DNA of 63,983 nt, filler included, from Ionaspis alba (lineage: Eukaryota), in the NCBI GenBank assembly GCA_964255285.1. It is 3 parts of 3 records of this genome, joined end to end, with 100 filler letters (N's around TTAATTAATTAA, not from the genome) between each part and the next. Parts side by side here need not be neighbours in the genome. Positions count along the whole stretch, not along the records: positions 1 to 22,768 come from CAXUUL010000196.1; 2 more parts are not named here. One strand, 5' to 3'. The first letter of the stretch is position 1, and each line of letters begins with the position of its first letter. The notes below the pieces were generated by a model that did not search any database, was not told the DNA's origin, and worked only from the letters and a program-made list of their open reading frames with translations. Shown here one piece after another: positions 1 to 11,323 of this stretch. Position numbers and translations under genes: made by a program.

Positions 1-3000
1 CCCCTTCCCCTTCGCCCCCTTTCCCACCTCCCTAGCCACGGGCACACGTCTAGGTGCCTGACCCATATCCACTAGGCTAAGTCCACTAAGCTCATGCACC
101 AACGCTGGCGGAGATGTCGGAAGCGCCGGCGAAGGGCAGCTGTGCTCGGTTCCCAGTGCTTCGGTCCCGGTGCCTTGAAGAGGAGAGGTCGACTCGGTGA
201 CTTTGGCGGAGGCAGAAGGGATGCGGGCTGGATCCGGGAGCGTGATGCTCGCGTCGAGTGTCTCGGCCATGTCGTCGAGGAGGACTTCCATAGGAGCGAT
301 GTAGGCTACACTGCTGGAGGGCGAGTAGGCGAGGACGTGGCCGCAGATCTGATTGGTGGCGTTGTCAATTACCCAGGCGCCGGAGTCGCCTCCTTCTGTT
401 GGGTGATTTGTCAGCTGCTTTGCCAAATGGCTCAGATGTTGGGGTGTGAGGTGAGGTGATGGTGACACAACATTGATGTTCATAGGTATGAGCACGGGGA
501 CTCAGGCGTGGAGGAGTGATGCAGGGAGATTTACCTCCAAAGTTTCCCCGAACCTGCCAGCTATGTGAAGCGAAGCTTCGCCCTGGCATACGCACCATAC
601 GCATTGCTGGGAGGATGGTCCCGGTCTGCAGGCCGCTTGTCCTTCCCAGGGCGTGGACATCCAAGCCGCCGAGGTCATTGGCCTTCTTGATTTTGCAAGG
701 ATAGGAGTCTGGATGTGGAGAGGATCCGGTTGAGTCACGCTGGGTGATGGCTTGAGTGTTTGAAGTACCAGCTCTACAGTGTTGAGCTCCTCCCTGGATG
801 ATGTTGTGCGCCTGCATACGATGCTCGTCGATCTTGATTAACGCCCAGTCGACTTCGTGGATGATCTCGTCGCGACGAGACCGTTTGATGCCGGATGAGG
901 CATGTATGTGGCCGAGCGCGTGAGAAGAAAGATGTTCTTCGTTCTTGTCCTCTTCCGTGGGAAAGAACTTCTCATCCACGTCATCGATTGCGGGCTGGGT
1001 GACGACCAGGTCTTCGCCACGGCCAACGTTGATTCCTAGCGTGTCTCCAAGATCCATATCGTATTCTCCGTTCTCCTCTATCCTGGACATTTCATTCTCG
1101 AAGTCGGGAGATAGCCAGAACTCATCATCATCTGCGGAATGATCCTCGACATCGTACTCTCCTTCAGAAATCTCAAAAGGATATACTGCTTCGGGAGGGA
1201 AATTTTGCTTGATACTAGAAGTCGAAGAGTAGTCAGAGGACTCGCTTCGCCCAGAAGAGATCTCAGATGCCTCAGGACACTCGGAGACTTCGAATGAATA
1301 GAAGCCACTATTTGGACGCTGACTATCGGTGGAGAATTTCCCTGGATTGTTAGACGGCAACGAGGTCGGACGAGGTGCTATCGAGCGCTGCAGGTTATAA
1401 CAATCGTTCAGACCCAGTTGACTTTCCTCGTCGTCTTCGAGCATGTGGTGGACACTCATGCCGAACGGTTCTCCGTCGACCAATACAGCACCGCCGAATG
1501 AAACTGGTGGTAGGTGGTTGCCATTACGATAAACTCCTATCGAAGCACCACATGCTGGCTTCTGCTGGTAGTGCGGATTGAGAGATGGGTAGTCTTCCGG
1601 TTGAGATACAGCAGATATCTTAGCCTTCTGCTTGTTCTTGCGATTCTTCTTTCCCGCCTTCGATCGAACGATCTGTCCGGAGACAACTTTGATTTCGAAC
1701 AGACGAAGGTCTTTGTTGAGATGCCTTAGTATCTTTCTGACCTTACCAGTACTGGTACATTCCATGTACACAGTTGGCCTAGCAGTGTCGGCAGCTTCAC
1801 CGGCCATGAAGAGATCGACGGTATAGGATTCCCATCGGCTGATTGCCTTGCTCAAGATACGTTCTAGTTTTGGGAACATTGTTGACGTCCAGTACTTGGA
1901 GTAAAGAGACGGAAGGTCATGAGACCATACTTTGATCGTAGTGGTAGGCTTCTCGGCAATAAGGGACTGCTGTTTGACTGAAGCTGGTATGCTCTGCCTT
2001 TTTTCTTCCTTGGCAAGAGATTTAGTCCTTCCAATGCTCATATAGGTGGAGTCTCGAGCTTCAGTACGCCGATTAGCTACAGATTGACGGCGACGACTCT
2101 GTTCCAGCTCAGATGATGCAAGCGATGTCGATATTGAACTATCAGGCTCGCTATTCTTCTCTATCAAGCAACATCTGCTCAAGGCCTGGATAACCTCGAT
2201 CTGAAACGTTGTGCTGGACGTATCTGTGGTCTGAGTGGAAGGGTCCCCATGCTGAGTATCGGACGAGATACGATCAGCAACTGTCATGCAGTAGAGAACT
2301 GCGTTCATGTAACCCGTTCCACATTTCGCACCTAGCTTCCTGAGATAGATGTCCTGCAGTCGAGATTTGAAGTCTCTTCGAGTGTATTTCGACTTCCAGA
2401 ACTTCCCAATCGGCATCCAGAGTCCTATCTCCAGCAGAATGAGCCCGAGGCTATAGTAGTCGTGTGAGGGCGTATAGTGAGTAGACATTCCGCCGGCCAG
2501 GCTAGGATGATGATATACCCCAGAGAAGCTTCGATCGTCTTCTGTCATGGAATCACTAGGCAGTTGATTGAAAGCTGTCAGGTAAGGTTTCCGGATGATG
2601 GGACCCTTCCATGCTCTATCGTTGGCCGACAAACTATCACGATCGATAAAGAACACGATATTATCGCTGTTCACATTCCGGTGGGTAACACCCATTGTGT
2701 GAACACGACTGACGCTGGAGGCGACGTTAAGAGCAAGTCGAAATCGATTCTCAAGACTCGGCATATTGTTGATATCGGTATCGCCACCATTTTGGAGGAA
2801 CGACAGCAAACTTCGGGGTTGAATATCTCGCCCTCGAGAGACCGACTCTTCCTCCACAGGCGGGACTTTATAGACATAGGCGCAGCGTGACTTTTCTACA
2901 TCCGCCGTCCAGCCTTGTAATTGCAAGATCCCGGTGTAAGATTGTACGGGTTCCTCTGCAAGTTTGAGTAGGGCCAGTAATAGCTCCTCAAACCGAGCAC

Positions 3001-3883
3001 TAACAGGACGTAAGTCTTCGGGTTTGATGTTGCCATAAGTTGGTCCGTAATCGAGTAGGACTGGGACTTCTTTCCCATCAGAAGAAGACTTATTCGAAGG
3101 TGTTGGTAGAATGGAGGAGGATAAATAAGCCAGAGCTCGATTCTCGAGACTAGTGGCGATGGATTCATAAGAGGGAGGCGAGGCACCTAAAGCTTCGTCT
3201 GGGACTCTGAGACGAAGGTAGCTGGAGTTGATTCGGACAGAATCGGTAAGATCGTCGCCGTGAATGGGCTCCGCAATATCTGACACATGACGTTTGACAT
3301 CCGACGGATACACAAGAGGGGCCTTCTCAGCGACAGGGGAATGATTTTCATAGGATCCCTTCCTGTCACGCTTGCTTGAAGGGCTTCCGTCCCGGTACAA
3401 GTCCTCGATTCGAGGTCTTGATAAATCACATAGAGTGTCGATAGACGTCGTCAGGTCCTTTAATATTTCCTCCAGTCGCCTAAGGTTGCCTGGAGTCCAC
3501 CCAGAGTCTCCGGTTGACGTGCCATACGCCTTCATGTCGCCATACGCGCCTGGTATATGAATCGATTGGGGTGGCTGAAGACCTTCGGCTTCGTCTAATA
3601 GCTGTCTGATAGAACACATGATGCTGGCGACTAGATCGCTGATGCCAGCTCTGTCGAGTGAACCATCGATATCCCCACTATTGTGGGCTGCCGTTGAACG
3701 GTCGCTCCATTGAATTCCCCAAGCTATCAATCTATCTTTCTGAATGCGTAACTTGAGATGAAGAGAGGATAATTCAGGACCCTCATGGCGGGTTTGAACA
3801 ACATTTTCATATGATTTTTTGGTATCGGCAAATAATTGGGTCAACCGTCGAGGCAAGACGGTGCTTCCCATGATTGTTTTCAT
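1..3883 (-). CDS. HeLo (prion-inhibition) domain + kinase-like (pseudokinase) domain + trypsin-like/S64-type serine protease protein; 3' end runs off the window
   Basis: First ATG at 3883 (alternative 3871; the 3892 ORF start is TTG). N-terminus has HeLo-type LKLRIQKDRLIAWGIQW. Kinase-like motifs HRNVNSDNIVFF, YHHP, DYYSLGLILLEIGLW. Protease motifs CGASIG, SVHHML, DWALIKI, GRTSG. Intron 534-396 (GTAAAT..GCTGAC..CAG) gives NFGEGGDSGAWVIDNATNQICGHVLA; exon 2 is open to base 1. Confidence 0.85.
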
Positions 3884-6800
3884 TATGCGCAATCGAGCAA
3901 AAGTTGAATAAGAAGGAGATCTGACATTTACGAAGATACAGGATCGATGAAGCGCTCGAAGAGAAGTTGTTCATGCTTAAAGTGCCGAAGTCGAAGTACA
4001 CATCCTGCTGCCTAGAGCTTGTGCTCCAGGTAACAAGCATCCGCGCAATATTACAAGATTTCGTAAGCAGTATTGATCAAGTCAAACGCGTCGTTCTACT
4101 CTGGAGAAGAGCCCAGAATCAGGACGGATCGTGAATTACAGAGCTAATTGCATAGGCTGCCCTGAAGGCATTCGCAGACAACTGATTCATTGAAGCTGGC
4201 CGCGTGGCACACGTCAAATTAATGATCACCTTGCGGTTTAGCCGTCCTTCTAGCGCTAGTAGCGGATTCGGTTAAACGAGCCATGAGTTTTCGCGTGTCC
4301 TTGGCAAAAGGTGGTAGGAAGCTCATTAAAACGTACTACATGGCGAAAACGCAGAGTCTTCACCTCTTGCAGCATTTGCAATTGTCGCTGCTCGAAACTA
4401 TCGCCTCGTGTTGATATACGTGAAGTCATGGATGACGTTGCTTTAGATGTTTCTTACCTATCTACTAATAGTACTCTATGCGTAGAGACTGAATCATCTA
4501 TTTATCATCATTACGGACTCGGCTTCGGAGTCGAACGGAGTAACGATGCATAATTCTACACCGATGATTCGTGTTGGGTGTCGATCGTTTAGGTATGGGG
4601 AATGATCATCGAAGCTTGGCTACCAATCCATCGTGGAAACAACTTGAAGGAGATCCTCGTGGGGCTCACAGACAGACGTGATTAAGCTCCTGGCCCTGCA
4701 CACCTTCTTTTCCACCGGATGCACGAGACACGAGGCCGGGCAAGCGAGGAGGGCATGAGAGTGAATCGTCTCGCAGAAGGATAATCGAATGAAAGGTGGA
4801 TAGGCAATCCGATCCATGGTACACCAATTTGATCTGCATAATCGAACTGCTAGCGGGACTCCGATCTTGGTTGCGGGTGTCACTCAGTTTTTGACATCGA
4901 GTGGTGAGCGGGAGGAATTCTCGGTGTGCTTTGGCTGCATTGCGGCGACCACCAATTATTGGCAGTTTCCAAGCGGGATGGTGCATGCAGATTAGGCTTG
5001 GGATAGAGGAAACCCTGCGTGAGAGCAAACCCGGTTTTGGGGACTGGTGGATCGGAATCCTCCTGCAGCTGCAACTTGGTTCAAGGATGTCTCCTCACGA
5101 GCAAGGAGCACAACAACAGCGCTCGGTTAAAAGGGAGACTGAGTCTGCCGATATCGTCTTATCCACCCGCTCCTTTGGCACGATTGGCTGGCCTATCGGA
5201 TGAAAGAGTAATTATGGAGCAGTCTGGCAAACTTGCCGAAGATTCTTTTCCTTGCTTGCGTCGTACACTTTGTTGGTGACCGCTACTTGCAGGCAGACGC
5301 TGCTCGTGCGATAGTAGGAATGGGGAATGTAATTAATTGCCTTGCTGCAGATTTTGCTTTTTTCACACTATTCAAGATGGCCAGCGCACCTTGTCCTTGG
5401 GCCATTGGAAACTGCATACATTATGGACAGGATAGCGCGCTTCCTTCAAGCTGTGCCAGTCAACAGGGTCTGGCGCTTGCAAGAATAATGCGAGAGGGGA
5501 GCAGAAGAAGCAGACCCGATCACAGCTCGACAAAGGAACCCTGGTCCGGCTGAACTTACGGCGGCCCGCTCCTCTGTCATACCTCCTGTCAAATATGCAC
5601 GTCGATCCCACCCATGTCAGAGGCTGCGGAATAGACACTATTATTGGGGCAGCCATGCTCGATAGTGTATCATGAACCCTGCCAGCAAAGCCAAATGTGG
5701 ACATTGTTTGTCCACAAGTGTCAGATCTGGCCCCCACAAGTCCACTCGCTCTGAAGATGTCCGATGAAATCTTCGTCGCTGGTGCTCGGACTCGTGAGAC
5801 GATTGGGAATTGACCATGGATCGCCTCCTTGTTAGGATGTTGGGAGGTTGGCTAAGATCGGAAGGGACGAGAAGAGAGACTGTCGGGACCTGGCATCACT
5901 CAACCTCGCTTGCATCGTGGTCACTGACGATCCAAATCTCAACAGATGTAACCATGGGGGTTAAGGTGGCATTGGAAGCCAGCTAAGCTACGCGCTCTGG
6001 TCTGCACCTCTCAACACATCCTCGTATGTGCCTTTCAATGATTTGTCATGGTGGGAGCAGAACAAACCGCGCCACTGGTTGCACAGCAGGAACGCCGCCG
6101 TCAACCATAAAATTAGGCATCCTTGGCCCTAAGATTTCTTGTCGTTGTCCTCAAATCTCGCTGTGGATTTGATTGCTGGAGATGCGCTTAGATTTGGCTT
6201 TGAGCTCATGGATTTTTTGTGAAACGGAGCTGTCAAAAAAGACCCACCACTGGAGGCTGTGGAATATTGGCTGGTAGCGAAAGCCGTCTCTGGCGGACAA
6301 ATGTGACACGAGAACCAGACGACGACTCCTGCTAGTCTTTAGGGAATTCGCCGAAGCCGTGTGGCTCTGGCTAGATCTCGAATCACGGAAGAACAAAAAA
6401 CCAACAAAGTCGGCTTCCATAATTAGCCACCAGATTGCATAGTCCTACGCAGATTGTGGGGAAACACCACACAGCTCCAAAAGGAAAACTGGAAAATCGG
6501 CACCCTTGCCATGGCTGCTAGTGTCCACTATCTATCAGGGTCGCGCAGCATCAAGAACTCGTGCTAAGTTCGGGGAAATTGTCGCAGAGGTTACCCGGTA
6601 GATGGGATTATTCCCCACTACCAATATTGCAACAAGCCAGCTGAACCCCAGAGAGATGCATCGCAGATGCAAGCTGCGAGATGCACCATGCACGAACCAG
6701 GTTCGAAACAATGTGGCCTATTCATGTAGTTGGCAGGGGGAGAGAGAGATGGCGGGAATAGTGAAGGGGATGGTGGTGGTGCTGAAGAACAAGCGCCTGA

Positions 6801-9568
6801 GCCAACCACTGTCGAGTTGGATCTGACTCGCGGGGGGGCGGCTTCCGTCATTGATGCTTAGGGGGTGGTCAGGGGAGTCGGGGGGGAAGGATTGTCGCTA
6901 ATCGAGTTTCTCCTGCACTTGCGCGTCCCTACCAAACAACCGACGACAAAATGATGATGCTCAACAAATTAAACCACCTTGGGCATGACCGTGACAGGGA
7001 ACACGAGGCTATTCGGCTCTTCAACGATGATAGGGACGCAAATCTCTCGTTGTATTCTTGTCACTTTTTCCTTCGGAGCAGTCGATCACCACGTTTCTTG
7101 GCCAAGGCGATTGTGATTGCCGAGAGAAGAGACACCTTCTAGGAGTGACCCCCCCCGCTACTCCGTTCCGTGCATGTGAGTCTTTGGCGTGCTTTGTGCT
7201 TCCTCTTCCTCCTCCCCCAATTACACACTTCCGCTCCATAACATCGGGAACGGCAAATTGGAAGCCACAAATCAAGCGCGAATGGCGAAAGTGATCCACC
7301 TCCTTCTTTCTGTCTCTTTGTCTCGATTCAGTTCGGCAGTCCCATTGCTTGCGTTTCCCTCCATCATTACCTAAGTTGCGCTTGCCTGTCCAGCCTCCAC
7401 CGATTCCACAGCCATGGTTTCTCCGAAGCCTGGCAGGTGCCGGGTACGACGAGAGCGACACAGGCATCCATGGAGGATGGGACGATGACGGAGATGGAGG
7501 CTTTTAGTCGGAAGGGAAGAAAGGGGAATCGAATGGTGGTATGTAGCTGAAAGTATGATACCCATACTACTACGACTCTAGGATCCATTCGGAGCCAGTG
7601 TCAAAAAGCCTAGTTCGTTCGATTCTTCGACCATGCTTTCCTCCTATTCCAGTTCTTGCCGGAGAGAAAACTCACACTAGAGCTCATCCCCCCTTCGCTC
7701 TTACCCACTCCTCCACTCCGTCCCACATGCCACCCCCAATTGATCCGTGCTACCGATTGCCGGAACGCCATTCTCGCTCGATTTGGTATGGAGTCCTTGT
7801 GTGTGTCTCATCCTCGTCGTCACGGTTTCTGCTTGACGTGCCCCCCTCCTCCTACTAACACCCCCCGGCGATCTTCCTCGAAGCCTGAAGCTTCTGCTAT
7901 TGGCGACAATTCGGCGACGGCGTCCGACGCTTGTCGCTCTAGGCAGCCTTGACATCTCCGGTCATTGGTCTATGCGCCATCAGATCTCAGGAAGGCATGG
8001 GGGTGATATCAAGCCTGCTCGGTGCCCCATTATGGCGGGCTTTCCTCCTCTCATACCCCTTCCCACCACTACGATTGCTCTGTTTCTTTTGCTGCTGCCC
8101 ACGATTCGATCTGTCACACCATGCAATCTGCCTCCTCTTCCCCACGGACATTCCTTCCTTTCTTTGCTGCTGGCATCTAGCCTGCAGATTTGTTCCCAGA
8201 AAGGCATTTCTATTCAATCAAACTCAGCATCGAAACCAGTTACTGGCCACCGGGCTACCAGGTGAGCACGTTTTCTTCCTATCTCGATCATTTTCCACGC
8301 CATCATCTGCGCGAAACATGTCATCAGGTCATATTAGCCCCACAACTTGTCGATCATTCACCCCCCCTGCTCCAGCAGACCTGCATCCGGTCTTTGGCTC
8401 CCTGTGCCTTGAGTCGTGTGTTCCCTTGGATCCGAACTCTGATATGGCAGTCCGTTACAGTGTGTACATCCCCCAGTCTCAACGCTTAACGGCACCGGTT
8501 CCCCTCCGATAAATTCGCCTAAAGAGGTGATCGACTCAGTTCATTCCTTTCTCGCAGAAGGATTTGAAATTCTGCGGCTAGAGATACCACGGAAGGTACT
8601 GGTTACCAGCTGCCCACGTTTTTCTTGAATCCCGGAGTCAATCTTTCCAAATATCCTCATCCACCACCGGAACTGACCTATTGCAGCACTACCTAAAGAA
8701 GGGTCCCATAGACCGACTCTCAAGCGCTGTCTCCACATCATTTGCGAACCCCTGAAATTGTCATCTGTCAGAACAAGCTTCTTCACGGTAAGTGCGTCCA
8801 TGCCAGCGCGCCGCCCGTTGCGGCTTCCGTCCTTCGACCGACGCACGGATTTACCCTAAAAGGTCATGCTACACACGAGGATACACTATTCGATATCCTT
8901 TCCAGCCACGGCGTGCTGCACTCTTCCAGCCCACTTTAACCTTCTACCCTCAAATCGTCGTATTCGACGCCCTTTGTTACATCACATTTTACTCTTTATT
9001 ATCAGCTCGGTTATCCGACTATGAAAATTGTTTCCATCCTGCATTCGAGCCCTCTCGTTGTCGTTGCAAGGAATACTTCGGACTCATATCTGTATATAGT
9101 GTCAGTGCCTCGAACCACCTAGATATCTCCTCGACTCCCACCACGTTTCTAGACTGTCAAAACAGGCTCTCAGGGGAGACATCCTTTTTCCTCGTCGACT
9201 GGATCAGACTTTCCGGAAACAGGAAGCTGCAGTCCTCGAATACGTTGGACGTCATACAAAGAGGCACAGGTGCGAGCAACCTTCTGCATGTGGTTTCACT
9301 CATCACGCGATCATCCACACCTCGAGCTGCATCTCCATGTCCTCAGCCCTAATGGAAGATCCCTTCTGCATGATCCGAGAAGGGCTTGCTGGATGCATTA
9401 ATCTTAATTTTGCGTGGGATGATAGGCGGTGTAGCTAACATTCTTAATAACAGAATTCCCCAGTCAGTGGGAAACAAGTTCATGTCTTAAGCTTTTCGTG
9501 AGCTTTTCTCTCGATCAACGTGGTGGTGTCCAGATCTTTGGGTCCTACTGTACCTCAAGGATCGTTGC

Positions 9569-10680
9569 ATGGCATCGAGGACACTCCCAATGACGAGATC
9601 ACGGGTAGAACACGACCGCCTCCCTCCTCTGGTCGAGGTGAGTTACCATTTATTCTACCCTTAACCCTCGAAAGCTTTACTCACCTCCAAGTCCAGGCTG
9701 TCCCAGAAATTCGTCACACACATCCCTCGTCAGACCGTGGGACGCAGTACACTCGCTCAATCTATGACTCGTCCAGAGCACCAACTCAGTTTCCAGAAGC
9801 TCGTTCTCTCGCACCATCACCCTTGGTCACCAGTAAAACCCGTCCTCAATACACAGTATCGTATTCCTCCAACGGAAGCATGAACTCGCCGGACGAGTAT
9901 CGCTACTCGAATGGCAGCGGAAGACGAGGCAGCTATGCCTCAAGTTCCTCCTCCGGCACTCTACCGGAATTGACGAGAGGAGGCAATCCTATTCTACCTC
10001 CTGTAGCCAGCACGCATTTGCCAATCCGGAACGTCAGCGATCGACCGTCTCGTGATCCATGCAGCCTCCCACCCATATATTCCAACGGCACCAGTAACGG
10101 CTCAACTCTCAATCCCCACCGGCACGCAGTGCCCCCTCAACCAACTCAGATGCCCATCCGCAGAAACCCATCACCTCCCCGACAGATGGCCTATCCACCC
10201 TATAACGGGGTCCCACATCCAGACTACTCCTACCACTCAGGCCAATACATGGAGCGACCACCCTTCAACAACGGTAGCGGCAACGGCAACTATCCTCTGA
10301 GCTTTGATGCTGGCTCCGACTACGGGGACCCGAAACAGAAGCGACGGCGAGGCAACCTGCCCAAAGCGGTGACGGACACGCTGCGAGTCTGGTTCACGAA
10401 CCACGTCGGACACCCTTATCCGACCGAAGAAGAGAAGCAGGAATTGATGAGCCTCACGGGTCTGACCATCAGCCAGGTAAGCAGCAAACTCTACGAATAT
10501 AGATTTACTAGGCAAAGAGCTAACACTTTCCTCCAGATCAGCAACTGGTTCATCAATGCCCGTCGTCGCAGTCTTCCTCAAATGACCAAACAAGCTCAAG
10601 CCGAAGCGGAGATCCGTGAGCAGCAGAATGGCTCATCAGGTTCTGCTAGAGGCGATGACTACCGAGGTAGACACCGATGA
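9569..10680 (+). CDS. TALE/KN-class homeodomain transcription factor (Cup9/Tos8/TGIF-like)
   Basis: Exons 9569-9637, 9697-10476, 10537-10680 with GTGAGT/CAG and GTAAGC..GCTAAC..CAG introns. Spliced homeodomain KRRRGNLPK..WFTNHVGHPYPTEEEK..ISQ|ISNWFINARRR has the TALE PYP insert and WFxN helix 3. Start position is uncertain. Confidence 0.9.
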
Positions 10681-11323
10681 TGTGACTGTCATGACAAAGG
10701 AGCGAGTCATCGACCTGTGCTGAAGAAACACACCCATCGACGCACTGCTGTCAAATGACCAATCACCGGCGAACAAAAAAATCTTACAAGCGTCTCCCGC
10801 TTCGAAGAAGACACCATGCTCGTAGAATGGAAAGGACGGAACGTGGAACAAGGAAATATCTCTTTCTCGGCAAACCCTCGAAATTTCATGCTACTCTCGC
10901 TATCATACGTTCCCAAACAACTCACCAAAGATCCCCTGCTTTTGCTGGTGAAACAGAACAGCGGAGCTCTCAAAGCCCTTAAAAACCCGACAATCGTTCT
11001 TTTTTTGTATTTACTAGCGGGATTGCGGGAATATGGGTGTAGGTGTCTCAAGGGGGAGGATTTGCTTGCTTATAGCGCTTTTTTTCTTCTCCAAGCGCTC
11101 GCTTTTTCGGCTACTTTTTGCTTTATTTGGCTGGTATTGTGGGGTATGTTGGACTGGATTGATCCAGAGAGGGTAGAATGACAGAGGCGACTTTACGAAT
11201 AATGATGCGAGAGTGGTTTCCAGNNNNNNNNNNNNNNNNNNNNNNNNNNNNNNNNNNNNNNNNNNNNNNNNNNNNNNNNNNNNNNNNNNNNNNNNNNNNN
11301 NNNNNNNNNNNNNNNNNNNNNNN

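Noticed and set aside
365..534. ORF-track C-terminus of the 1175-aa ORF (GKSPC..RRRRLRRLGN)
   Set aside because: Read-through into intron 534-396; the spliced frame restores the GDSG motif.
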